NCBI RefSeq assembly: GCF_964355755.1
Contig: NC_092675.1
Span: 23,780,912 to 23,844,911, forward strand
Length of the DNA: 64,000 bases
DNA from: Antedon mediterranea
Lineage: Eukaryota; Animalia; Echinodermata
Direction of reading: 5' to 3'
The notes beneath the pieces are model-generated. The model saw only the letters and a program-made list of their open reading frames with translations, made no database searches and was not told the DNA's origin. This document shows, piece after piece, positions 24,701 through 36,500 of this stretch (its first letter is position 1; every line of letters begins with the position of its first letter). Made by a program: the position numbers and the translations under genes.

Positions 24701-27700
24701 CTTAGCTTTTGTGATCTTAGGTCTTAGGGGGTCTTAGCTTTCGTGGTCTTAGGTTTTGTGAAACCCCTAGAATCGTACCGCACTTGTGTAATCACTTCTT
24801 GTTGCTATACGCTTGGGTGCACACGGAACAAGAAAATTTAACTGATGAATTATTCATGTTTATTTTGTGACGTTTCATGAGGGGGTCCCCAACTTATGTA
24901 CGAAAAAAAAAATCGCCGCCCGCTGGCCATATTGCGCAATATCCGGGACGCCCGCTGGCCATAAAAAGGTACGCATACTGGCCAAACCTACCCAACCCGT
25001 ATCAGTAAATACATTAATCAATTTTACAATTTCTATTGTTGTTCCATGAAAATAAAAGAGAATGGCTTACAAACATTATTATTAAATGTGTTTAAAAACT
25101 AGAACTATTTCGATCGATCATGAAACCAAGGTCTACGGTACAGTATGTGTGTTTTAATGATCATTTAGGCCTACCTTGTGGCGGTTTTCCAACAAGTCGT
25201 TCTACTCCAGGATGAACACCGCCATGTTCCACACCAAACGAAGGTACAAGATCTACAGAACCTTTTCCCGTTACATATACTGAGTACGTGAGGATAGAGC
25301 GTATACGCACTCGCCATTTTCCTGCCTCGGGATTTGCTATTTTAATAATGCGAATGTCTGTAAGTTGTAATACAGCTTCAAATATGTTACCAGTCGATTT
25401 CACGAGTTTCCCTGCAAATATAAGGTATCAACATCGTATCATCGTAGAATATAAATTATATACCTAAATAATAAATAGTATTGTACAACTTTCCAAAAAA
25501 TTAGTAATAATATTAGTACAGCAGATACAATTAATTGTTAATGTCATTTTGTCAAGTTCATTTTATAAATTTTGTCCGGCATAAAAACAATTTAATTCTC
25601 AAAGTCTGTGTGTATATATCATCATCCTGTGTAACCTGCGAAATATTGTTCATTTTCTTGACATTGCGCCTTAAGAAATATAATAATATAAATAAAACAG
25701 AATCAACGTACTTACCAGAAGGATTGAAAATCTTAACGTTGATAACTGTTCCTTTCACATTGATTTCAATTTCTTTAATCGTTGAATCTATATTGACATA
25801 ATGACTTCGACCATCTAATGGGTTCGTCACACCTTGTTGACTTGCATACATTAACGTTATCTAAATAACATATAAATATACGTGTGAATGAATATTGTAC
25901 ACTAAGTATGCAAACACATAGTAAGTTGTCCTCAAAATGGCACCTGAGTTCAATCTCTTCCACATCACCACCGAGATGAAGTTTGCGATGTGTAACAATC
26001 AATAGCCTACACGTGGGACTATTTAATAATGAAAACTTAAATTTTATATTAGCATCACTTTTTAAGTGTTGCAAGTGAAAATAATATAAATCTAGAAAGA
26101 GTTTGACTTGGTGGATAATAGGATTTGTTACCTCTGGTTGACCTGAATCAATATTTAGCATCGAGGTTGCAGCCTTAATTTCCTTTTTCGATAATGTAGT
26201 AACTTCACCGCCTGTTGAGAGAGCTACATCAACATACGAGCTATCAATTGTTATTGCAGCACGTGGGCGGCGTCCTACATCACGTTGTCCGCGAGTACTA
26301 CACGAACCAGATAACATATACTTAATCTGTAAAAACAATATTATGTAAATATTTAAATTAATGATGAAATGTGGTTAATAATAGTGTGATGGCGGCGAGA
26401 ACTCAACTGTTTGAATACCAAACATGACGAAGTAACAACAGGGTCAACGAACATTTAGACAATGCATACATGGAAAACCGGACATTCCGTTAATTACTTC
26501 GGTCACTCAATACGTAAAATAAGAATATCAATACCAGCTTTGTAATGCTGTTCTATTGGCCTTTTGGCTTTCACCACATTACAAACACGTTTTTTCACCC
26601 GATAAATAAAGATGCGAAAACGAAAAACAACCTACAGTATTCTCCCACAGTTATCACACCTTTTTAAAATATGACCTTTTAGGTTTTCAGACATTGTACT
26701 GTCGTAGAAAGGTATTAAACGTTTGTTAACCAACCTTAATAGTCTTGTACTTTGCTAAGGCAATAACTGATTCTTTCAAGTGGGCGTCCTTAGATGAAAC
26801 ATCTGTGAACACGAAACATGTCGAATAGGAGTCTGTGTTCTCTACAGCTAGACGTAAAGCATGGAATGAATTCTCTGGACACTCGATTCCATCTGTGATG
26901 TTGATAGATGATAGTTGTGAAAGGAATTCATCAGGTTTTTTGGTAACAAACGCAGGACCATAATCTAAACGAAAAAACAATTGTCATGTATACTGATTTG
27001 TGGAGAACACTCACAATTAATTTTGAAGAAAAAATTAGACTAAGCAGTTAAGTTCAGCTTTTTATGATTTGTATGTTCACATCATAGGTGTGAACTTTGT
27101 TTCTAAAATTTAATTATTATACAAAATAATGTTTATAGGTGCAATGGGGAAAATAATTTAATGAGGTGAAGCCGAGTGAAAAGAAATACTTTTAACTTTC
27201 ACTGAATGAAATTATTTGCCCGATAATTACTTTTAATGAGAGGCTAGGCCAAGACATAAATCATTCGGGAAGGCAATCCAATTGGTAGAACATCACTAAA
27301 GGTTGATTTTTTTCGAACGCGCAGTTAACAGTGCTCCGATTCCTCACTGGGTAACAGAGTAAGAGTATTCACTCTGATGTCAGAGTTCACTAAACTCAGT
27401 TTATTAAACTCAATGTGACCCACAATCGTCCAATCAAATGACAATTTTCTGTTATTTAAATCGTAATTGTTATTTTAGCTTACCTAGATCACTAAAGGTT
27501 ACAAGTACAAATTGTGACGGTTCGTTGATACTTCCATTCATTCGCTTAATGATTTGTCTTGTTCTATTTTGAACAGCTTCAATATCATTTCTCATGCTAC
27601 TGGTTCTGTCAATTACCATACACATTGTTCCACCTATATGTAACCCGAGATACTTTACAAATTCTCTGTGTCCAACAACTTTTCGAATGTCTTTCAGGAT

Positions 27701-29467
27701 CATTTCAGATGCCTTTGTTGCTACTTTAGCAGCCTCGTGATGGTGGTAATAATGTGGAGATATTAGAATACTATCTGCGTCTTTGTTGATTCCACCGCGA
27801 GCATATTCAATTCCACTTGAATCAACTGGTCCTCCGTGGCTGCATTTTCCTTAGAGATAAAAAGTTTGATATTTATGTATAACTTTTATTTATTTATAAA
27901 GGAATTTATTTATGGAATATTCTAACACTAAACATAAAATATATAACTTTGTTCAAAACCAAATACAAAAAAAAAAAAACCTCCCGTCACTTCATTCATT
28001 TTACTATGTCTTACTATACATTGTATTTTACATTGTACCGTATTATTCTATTTGTGTCAATTTTTTCTATAGATTACTCATTTGGACGATTTAAAATGTC
28101 GGTTTGACTTTTTTTACATATATTATTTTGTTTATCATTACTTTAGATAAACATATATTCAGCAATAAAAAGGCCATGTTGTCTTATTTTCAGATTGATC
28201 GGACATTTTCGTCAGCAATATGGTGGAGTACCAAAGGATGTTTATACATTAATGTGATGTTGATACATTATTGAACGCTTTTCCTGTTCTGCTTTTCACA
28301 TTATTTGAAAGGTTCATAAAGGTTATTCTAGTTTCCTTACTTTGGTTAAATTATTTCCTATACATATGTTTCGGATTTTCATCATTTTCAACAAACAATA
28401 AATAAAATGTTTACAGACTGTGGAATGAACTGGTCGATTCTACATTGTCTTGACTAAAGCTACTGTTAAGAATTTAGCACAATCAACTTTTTTTTTCATT
28501 CCAATAGGATATATAATAATGAAGGCCTACGGCGATGGTTTAACAAATTATTTCATGAGGCTAGGCCCAAACGAAAATAGAATTTCATTTCAAAATTATG
28601 TTTAAAAAACCTATTGGTCTAGGCCAAGATTTTTAAAGCGACAGTTCGATACACACGTTGCTCTTTAACTTAAAAGTCATTATTATGAGATTATTATGAG
28701 AACAAAAGATAAAGCGTGTTCTTTGCAGAGAACTTACCAACATCATTAGGCTTAACCACAGGTTCTCCCTTGTGATTTTTCTGATCACTACAATAGCCAC
28801 TTGTAAGCTTATTATTCGATATTATAGTTCTGAGAATGTTGTTTTTACATCTTCCAAATAGACCGCAATTATCACACGTTTCTGTGTTTGGATCAGCAAT
28901 ATTATCAATTTGTGATCCTGGAACTCCTAGGCTAGGATGTGGCTGACGGTTTCCCATCTCGATCCAGTTAGAATGGCTGTAGAAATCTTGCAAAGTATGA
29001 AACAGCTGACCAGTTTTACGTCTGGCTTCTTTGTAGTTCTTAGCTTTTATTGAAATAATTGCCTCCTGTCGTAGTCGAAGTAATCTGTTATTGCTTTCTA
29101 TGAACGTTTCAGCATCAAAATGAGCCGACGGTAGCTTCTTTGAACTTTCGTCGAAATCTACATTTTCGTTTGCATCCTTAAAATCTTTAATAGCCTCCTC
29201 AAAGCTTGCAGTAGAGACCTGATCACCGTAATAGGCCCGAAGAAGATCGGATGCTGAATCATATGGTGCATTCTTACTGAGAGGCTTGATCGGTTGTAGC
29301 GGTCGCGGTGTACTTTTAAGAAAGTCGTAGGCCACGTTTAGAACAGCATTTTCTGTGATCTTAACATGAGTTTTTGAACTTGGAGAAATTAAACCTAGCC
29401 ATTCATTTGGAATAAAGCAGTCAACATTTACAGTTACTACGATGACAAACAGCAATGATAACATCAT
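18775..29467 (-). CDS. VWA7/G7c-like type I membrane protein, copy 1 (~1052 aa, long cytoplasmic tail)
   Basis: 9 phase-consistent exons: 29467-28738, 27849-27484, 26964-26735, 26326-26132, 25860-25716, 25411-25175, 20526-20118, 20028-19866, 19458-18775 (3159 nt). Signal peptide, FIPN, AHFDAE, HTLQDFYSHSNWIE, GKCSHGG, GGINKD, vWA DRTSS/CPE/FTD, TM MFVYIVMVTCGVAALLAVLCACCCCCV. Confidence 0.9.
21135..21635. mobile_element. MITE B, pogo/Tigger-like (CAGTAGAACC termini, TA TSD)
   Basis: ta|cagtagaacct..ttttacgtac ... gtacgtaaaa..aggttctactg|ta; removal restores the right TIR of element A. Confidence 0.92.
21742..23028 (+). mobile_element. Non-autonomous Helitron D (1287 bp)
   Basis: Starts TC(TATAT), ends hairpin ctagatggtacgc-gagcgaagcga-gcgtgccatCTAG; inserted between A and T with no TSD. 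The empty site aattca|tcagttaaa is preserved in the opposite TIR of element C. Confidence 0.93.
23736..24766. mobile_element. Mutator/MuDR-like foldback element E (10-bp TSD ctagaatcgt)
   Basis: TSD at 23726-23735 and 24767-24776; ~85-bp TIRs with ctaagac(c) subrepeats; additional diverged internal inverted arms (~23830-24030 vs ~24270-24480). Confidence 0.9.
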
Positions 29468-30031
29468 GTTTAGTTGGTTGTTGCTGTAGCATCACATCTA
29501 GAATATTTTACTGTTCTGCCCTTTATATACGATTGCCCGCTTACTCGTGTGTTATTGGTTGAATGTCCATCTTTCCAATTTTATTGAGACCATATGTTCG
29601 ATTTTCCAAATGAAAGCAATTGTCATTCTCAAAACATTAGCTTTCGCGTTTTGTATAGGACTAAAATTGGTTAATTGGTTAATGTTCAACATTCCCAGTT
29701 GAGAAATGTCACTGATATTCATATAAGATTATGTAATATAAGATTTTGTAAATGAAAGTCGAATTGCATAATAACATAATAATAACTTGTAATCAGAATT
29801 ATCAGTGCAATATGAAATATGTGCATAATTTAACTTTAATGGTTTCGAAATAAGAAATGACAGACTTTTAATAAACCAGAGATCTAGAACAAAATACACA
29901 AAACTAAAATAAATAGTTACAACTTCCTGTTCAAATATACACTATAGTATTTTTTTATTGTAAAATATTGTCTTGACTAAAGCTACTGTTAAGAATTTAA
30001 CACAATCAACTTTTTTTTTCATTCCAATAGG
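28444..30031 (+). repeat. ~65-bp direct repeat pair (28444-28508 and 29967-30031) bracketing exon 1 of VWA7-like copy 1
   Basis: attgtcttgactaaagctactgttaagaattta(g/a)cacaatcaactttttttttcattccaatagg twice. Confidence 0.92.
29522..29558 (-). promoter_or_regulatory. Putative TATA (29522-29529) and CCAAT (29554-29558) boxes of VWA7-like copy 1
   Basis: Minus-strand TATATAAAG ~55 nt upstream of the ATG with CCAAT ~25 nt further up; motif match only. Confidence 0.45.
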
Positions 30032-30561
30032 GGCTTTGGTGCATAGTTTGTCCAAATGTTTTGGGACACCATATAGAGACCAAAAAGTAACATTCAAAAG
30101 ATGTGAGTCGCTGTGGTCTTGTCGACATATCTGGTTAATTTAACTAGACTTAGAAATGATGCCAGGCAGGCATTTAAAAGGTTGTTGACAAGCCTTTTTC
30201 AAAATGATACCTATAATTCCAACTACTCAAAGTTAAGCATGATTTGTAAACGACCCACCAACATAGCTGCTGAAATAAATATTGCTGATACCATTAAAAT
30301 GATATACATGTCAATTTAAAAGCCAAAAAATAAATAAAATTGGGCCTAAATAATGTAAATCTTTTCGCTGACCGTTAAAGGTTAATATGATGAGAGAATT
30401 TCACACAATACAAAAAAAATGATATGTGAGGAGATTATCAATGTTGTTTATATTTTATAATAAGCAATAACATTTTAAACCCGGAGCTACAGTACAGTTT
30501 AAATTCATTTCAAATACTTCAATACAGTATGTGTACATTATATACACAATCTTAGCTCTAG

Positions 30562-33500
30562 TTATCTGATGAAAATAACTTTATTTCTTATTCTTTTTCT
30601 ACAAATAATACAAATGACCACTAGAATTAAAAGTCCAACAATCGCTAGACCAATGCAGGCAATGAGAATGTATGTACTAAGATTCGACTCATCGACGGGT
30701 GAAGTTGAAATGTTATTTATCTCAATAACACATCTACCAACGTTTCCAACGACATCAATGGCAATCAGTTGGAACTTTGGATGGCAACATGTTGAGTGGA
30801 AAACCCCCTTGACGCTCTGATTGGTTAAGCCTACTTGAAAATGATCTACATTCTGACGACCAATATCAGTCTGTGTTGGGTATTTTGCTTGAATGTCATA
30901 CAAGCCATATCCTATGTCCATAAATGAAGCAGTGACAGTATAGTTAAATTTCTTGCAATCCATAGTTGGCCCTACTGTCGAACAATCGCCCTTTGTTTCT
31001 ACAACAGTACATGTTGGAGGGTCTTCATCAAGATCCTGAAATTATATGTAATAAAAAGGGAATGATATTATTGTGATTTGCATACAAGTGAGTGCATGTT
31101 GGAAACGCTTAAAGGTTCCGTGTACCAGAGTGGGAGCTTTGCTTATAATGGAAACGTTGACGAAAATCAATAAGATAGAAATGTATTTTTGTTACTGATG
31201 CTATATTCAATTCAACTTCATGTCAGATAAACTGGTTATAATGGGGTGTTATGATGGTATTTCTGTTATAATGGTGGCTTACTATGAATGCCGCTGTTCA
31301 TTATAGTTTATGCATTGTTGATGTTTAAATCGGTAAATTTACCTGCAAAGTGAAACTAACTAAGGAATTTGGCATGGAGTGGGTGGTGGGTGATCAAAAA
31401 CATACAATTATATAGTTCTTGGCAACATTTTACAAATTTACAAGTTATAGATAATCTTGTTTTCATCTACTGCGAAAGCAAAACTAAACTTTGCAATCAT
31501 AATTCAACTTAATTTATTAATTTCCACCATCTTCAATTTCTTAGCAATAAACAGTAATAGAAGCGCTTGATTAAAGAAACACTAAATAAATAAAAAATTT
31601 ACTCCAAGTACAATGCAAAGTGTACAGTACATATGTCAGTCAATTTACCTGAGGCGCAACAATGACGTCGAAAACCATGAAGTTGAATGTTTGACCTGCA
31701 GTGTTGGTGTGCACGGTTAGTGTCACTGTAGACGTCGTTCCAAACGCTGCGTGTTTAGGAGCAGCTAACGTGATGTAACCATCAGCCGAATCATTTACTT
31801 GAAGATTTACTCTGCAAAAATTAACCCATACAATCAAAGTAAACCAGACCACCTGGTAAATGTTACAATGCATTTAGTGTTGTTCTAACTACACAACAAT
31901 TGAAAGAAACTTCCTAAGACAGACATTATGTTTGGAAAATTATAAGACTGGGGACTTGTTGTGTAGTAATGCAGTTGCTTAATATGTTACAGGTACCGGC
32001 ACTTAAATAATACAAAAAACTTATCTTATCATTTACCTGTCTGGCGTTACCATTTGAACAAAATCCTTTTCATCCGTAGCTTTTATCCTGAATGCTGCAG
32101 GTTTACCGATATTAAACACTGTGAACCTAACATCAGTAGATCCTCCAGGCGCTAGAGTACTGTTCTTCGTGCTGGCGTAGGCTATGATTTCTGTTGTTGA
32201 CGGTTCGACTACGGTATTCAGTAACCGATGTATCACATTACCATTTCCATCCCTGCCAACCAATCGCACTAAGAACGGAATGTCTGGAGGAATCGCCTCA
32301 GCAGTGTACTGTGATATTGGACTGATCTTCTGTAATGATTTACTGTTTAGGATTTTGTCTTTTATATTTACTAAGTCCATTTGTTCCATTCTAGCAATAT
32401 CTTGGCCAATAGCTCCAAATATTTTCATCATGATATGTGCTGGTTTTCCTGGAAATAAAAATTGAATATTTGAATCGAAACGAATTTTATGAGAAGGTGA
32501 ACAATTTTCGAGTAGTGTTAGGAAGTATTAAAAATATGAATCAAAAGTTATTATGTTTGACCCAATCAAATGGACTATTTTTGTTTGTTTTGTTTCGCTT
32601 CTCTCTTCTTTCCTGTAGCAGTTGTCCTTAAAGCTAATGACTACATGACTCTTTAAAAGAACACAGTATTGCAGATAATATCAACCAGTGTATCCACCAT
32701 GATTATGCTAAGTATGAATGAATGATTAAACCACCATGCACGAAATCGTACATAAATGTATGTTAACCAGTTCAGTTTTGAAACACAAATTTAACTTTTC
32801 TAAAACAAATGTCCAAAACAACACTTATACATAATACAAATTGATACTACAGTTGACTTCTCCTAATTATGATATAGTATGGCTGCATAAGTAGGTCAAT
32901 TATATTTTTTCAAAATGTAAATTGGCACCTTTTAATGGTCTGCCGCCAATCTCTTTGTGACCTGGGTGTGGTCCGTCCGTGACGCTTTTTCCGAAGGTGT
33001 GTATAAAGTCGAGCGTACTCAGTCCGTACACAGACACGCTATACGACATGAACGAATTCACTCGTATTTTCCACATACCAGGCACAAGATTTGTCATTTT
33101 TACAATATGCAAGGTAGGTAAGTTGGCGATGAATTTTATTTTGCCAGTAGTGCCGATCTTTCGTGATGTTCCTACAAAAAATGATAAATACTTATAAAAA
33201 GTACGGCTCGTCAGTAGGCATATTATTCTGATCATGAAGACATAATGCATGATGAATAATAAGGGGAAACAATATTAATCAATGTAAATATAATAATTAG
33301 AATTGTTAATAATACACAAAACAATTGTATGTATGAATATCATTCAGTTATAATTATAACGACTCAAATTATGTAAGATTGAATCCATATTGTTTTGAAG
33401 TAGACATAATCATCCATTCATTTCTTTATTTCAAATAGTACATCCATATACAAATCATACAAAAAATACAAGAAAGAGAAACAATTACACCAGAAAACTA

Positions 33501-36500
33501 ACAAATAAGCAACTTCAACAAAACCAACCTACAATATCCTAAAAAATGCACCAACGCTGATGTAGGTTGGATTGTGGAAGTACCTATATTCTTTAAAGCT
33601 GTTAAATGAAGACACGGAAACGTTGCTAATGAGATTCATGTATGTAATTATAAATATATTGAATGAATACGTATTTATTGTATATGGCTTACTATGTGCA
33701 TACTAGTCAGTATAAGAATGTCACGACATTTTAAAATACAAAATCGATAAATTGGTTACTTTAATTTTAAAGTCGATATGATCTAGTATTATATAATTGC
33801 TTGTTTTTAATTCTGTCTCCAAAAATGTACGAACAGCACGTTGTCTTTTCCTATTTCAGAGTTTCTTTCTTTTTCAGATCTGATTAAGCTCAAGTACAAT
33901 TCTATAATATTAAATACTTTTAGTTTGCTTAATTACTCTAGGCGATACGGTGTACTCATTATCCTCTTTACAGTACGACGGAACAGACTGGTACATAAAT
34001 TAGTAATATTGTAAACAAACACAAATGCCAAGTTTTCCTTGTATTTTTGTTAGAAACTGCATAAAGTATATATTTGTATTGCGCATGCGTACAATGTGAT
34101 CTAGTAATCTTCCATTCTAAATTGTTAACACACCACTATGCTCAACAGTTCGAGTTCAGTTCGTAAAACATTTTTAACTTTGGAAAATTATATAATTGTC
34201 AATTCAATTCAACTTTATTTAGTCAGGGATGCCAGGGCGGGTGTTTGCATACAAAATAGAAATACAATTTCAAAAATATTATCATGTACAATATATAAAT
34301 ATATATTTTTAAAAAAACGTTTAAAGGAGGTTTATGTTTAAACGATTGTAGATGAATTTCAACACCAAAATTGTTCTATTCACAGGTGCCCATTAATGCA
34401 ATGCAACGTTTTTTATATTCAGTCTTATGTAAAGGTTTAGCAAAATGATGGCGTTACAGTAAAGAGATTATAATTTTGTGTTCTTAATATTCAAACTAAA
34501 ATGAGCACATACCTTTTGGGTCAATCATGTTCATTTTTTCGATGTATCCATTAACTTCTATTGTTACTTCGGTCAGTGTTAGGTCTATTGGAAATACATG
34601 AGCTCGGCCATTATTAGTCGTAGGTGGTAAATCGTATGCTTTAAATAAAGATACCTGTATAGAAAATATAAATGTTACATTCAGCAATACTGCTTAAATA
34701 AAATGGATGGTTGTACATTTTGAAATAGCATCCAAATGCAACGAAAGCATTCCGTTTATAGTCCGTTGGCCACCATGAATCAACCAATGTCCATCAAAAG
34801 ACTACAACAAACTCTCAACATGTAAAGTTTTTTATCATGATGTGCATTCTTTGTGTTTTCTATTTGTATTTGAATGATATAAAATACTCAAGAACAACCT
34901 ATGATTTACGCCTAAACAGTACATAGACAAGAAACAAAAGTAAACTTATGAAAAGTCTAAAAACTAGCCATTTATGGTCGGTGTACTGAAACAATATTTC
35001 AGTTGCATACGTTCTCCGTCTTATCTTGGATTTCCCTATCATTTATTCATTTTATATACTTTGTAATGCAATGATTTGCATTTTGTAATTGTTTGGTTCT
35101 CTTATATGTTGTGTACCTTGGACAATTGAACTGTGCTCTCAATAATCTGTGTTCCTTCCAATATATCTTTTTTGGTCAGATCCAAAGCTTGACCTCCGGT
35201 TGAAAAGGCGATGTCTGAATACAATTTGTTTCCTGCCGTTGCTTTTTTGGTCCGACTGGCCCTTCGACGACGCCCTGTATGGCCGGAGTGCCAACATTTT
35301 CCGGACACAAAGAAGCTAACCTAATAAGATGAAGATGTTACTATACTCTATAAAACTTTACTCATTAAAGTGAGTAAATAAATGGCAGTTGTAAAAACGT
35401 AGCTGATTCTCGATTCTGACTAACATTAACAAAAACTACAACAAAACTAGCCATTCAACAGAAAAGGCGCAGAAAGCGTTGAAATGGCATGGGGCAGTGT
35501 ATTATAGTATCTGGAGAGATAAACAGTGACTAACTCAGACTGGAGTTATCACGACGAAACAAAGAAATTATTTGTCGGTTAGCATGGTTAGTAGGAGAAT
35601 TGAAAAAAAGGTTCTGGGGATAATAAAGTATGTTTCATTTCATTTCAAATAAACATTTAATTTTCTTCCTTTAACATCACATAAAATAGAAAAGTAAGTG
35701 ACAAATTACATTGTGGATATGAATATTCATAATGATTACCTCTATTTTCTTATGCTGTGCAAGCGCCACTACAGAATCCCTCATAACCTCGTCTTTAGCC
35801 GAAGCATCGGTAAACACAAAACATGATGAATACGGCTCACTGTTTGTTAAAGCTAAGCGTAGCCCATTCAGGGCTAACTCAGGACAATCGCCTCCATCTT
35901 TGGTTTTAAGATTGTTTAGTGCTGATTTAAAATGATCTGCATTATCCGTAACCGTCGCAGGTCCAAACACTGTAAGATAAATTATCAATGCAATTAGTTT
36001 GGAAACATAATTATGATTTCGATTATGATTCGTTTAACACAGTGATATGGACAGTCAATCTGCTTAGAAAGATATTTATTGTTAGAACCAGTAGCAAGAT
36101 ATTGGATGGCATGTTCACAACAATACTCAAGTTCCTCTTTTAAAGAAATAAAATAATGTATTGTAAATACAGTTATGGAAAGCAGTTGGATGACACATTT
36201 GTTTAACTTTAAAAAAAAACATTTTTAAAACCTGGATCATGGAATGGTACCAGAACAAAGTTAGCTGGTTCAGCGTCTGTACCCATCCTGCTATCAATGA
36301 TGTGATATGAACGGTTGATGGCCGCATCCATATCGTTACGCATACTGCCACTGATATCCATCACGATGCAAAGTGTACTGCCTAGACCCAAGTTCAGAAA
36401 TCGAGCAAATGCTGATTCTCCAACAGATTCTCGTAAATTCTGTAAGAAAGTCACCGTAGCCTTGATAGCTAGATGAGATGCTTTCTTATGATAATAAAAG

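Larger units (their letters stand above)
21700..24917. mobile_element. TIR element C (GGCGA...TCGCC termini, 7-bp TSD gcccgct)
   Basis: gcccgct at 21693-21699 and 24918-24924; TIR ggcgattttttttttcgtacataa / ttatgtacgaaaaaaaaaatcgcc, continuing as 23029-23087 vs 24786-24845. Confidence 0.88.
20739..24999. mobile_element. Outer MITE A (Tc1/mariner-like, TA-flanked, ~150-bp TIRs) hosting four nested insertions
   Basis: ta|cagggttgggtaggtttggccagtatgcg... and ...cgcatactggccaaacctacccaacccg|ta (1-nt indel). The right TIR is rebuilt from 21121-21134 + 21638-21699 + 24925-24999 after removing the inserts. Confidence 0.85.
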
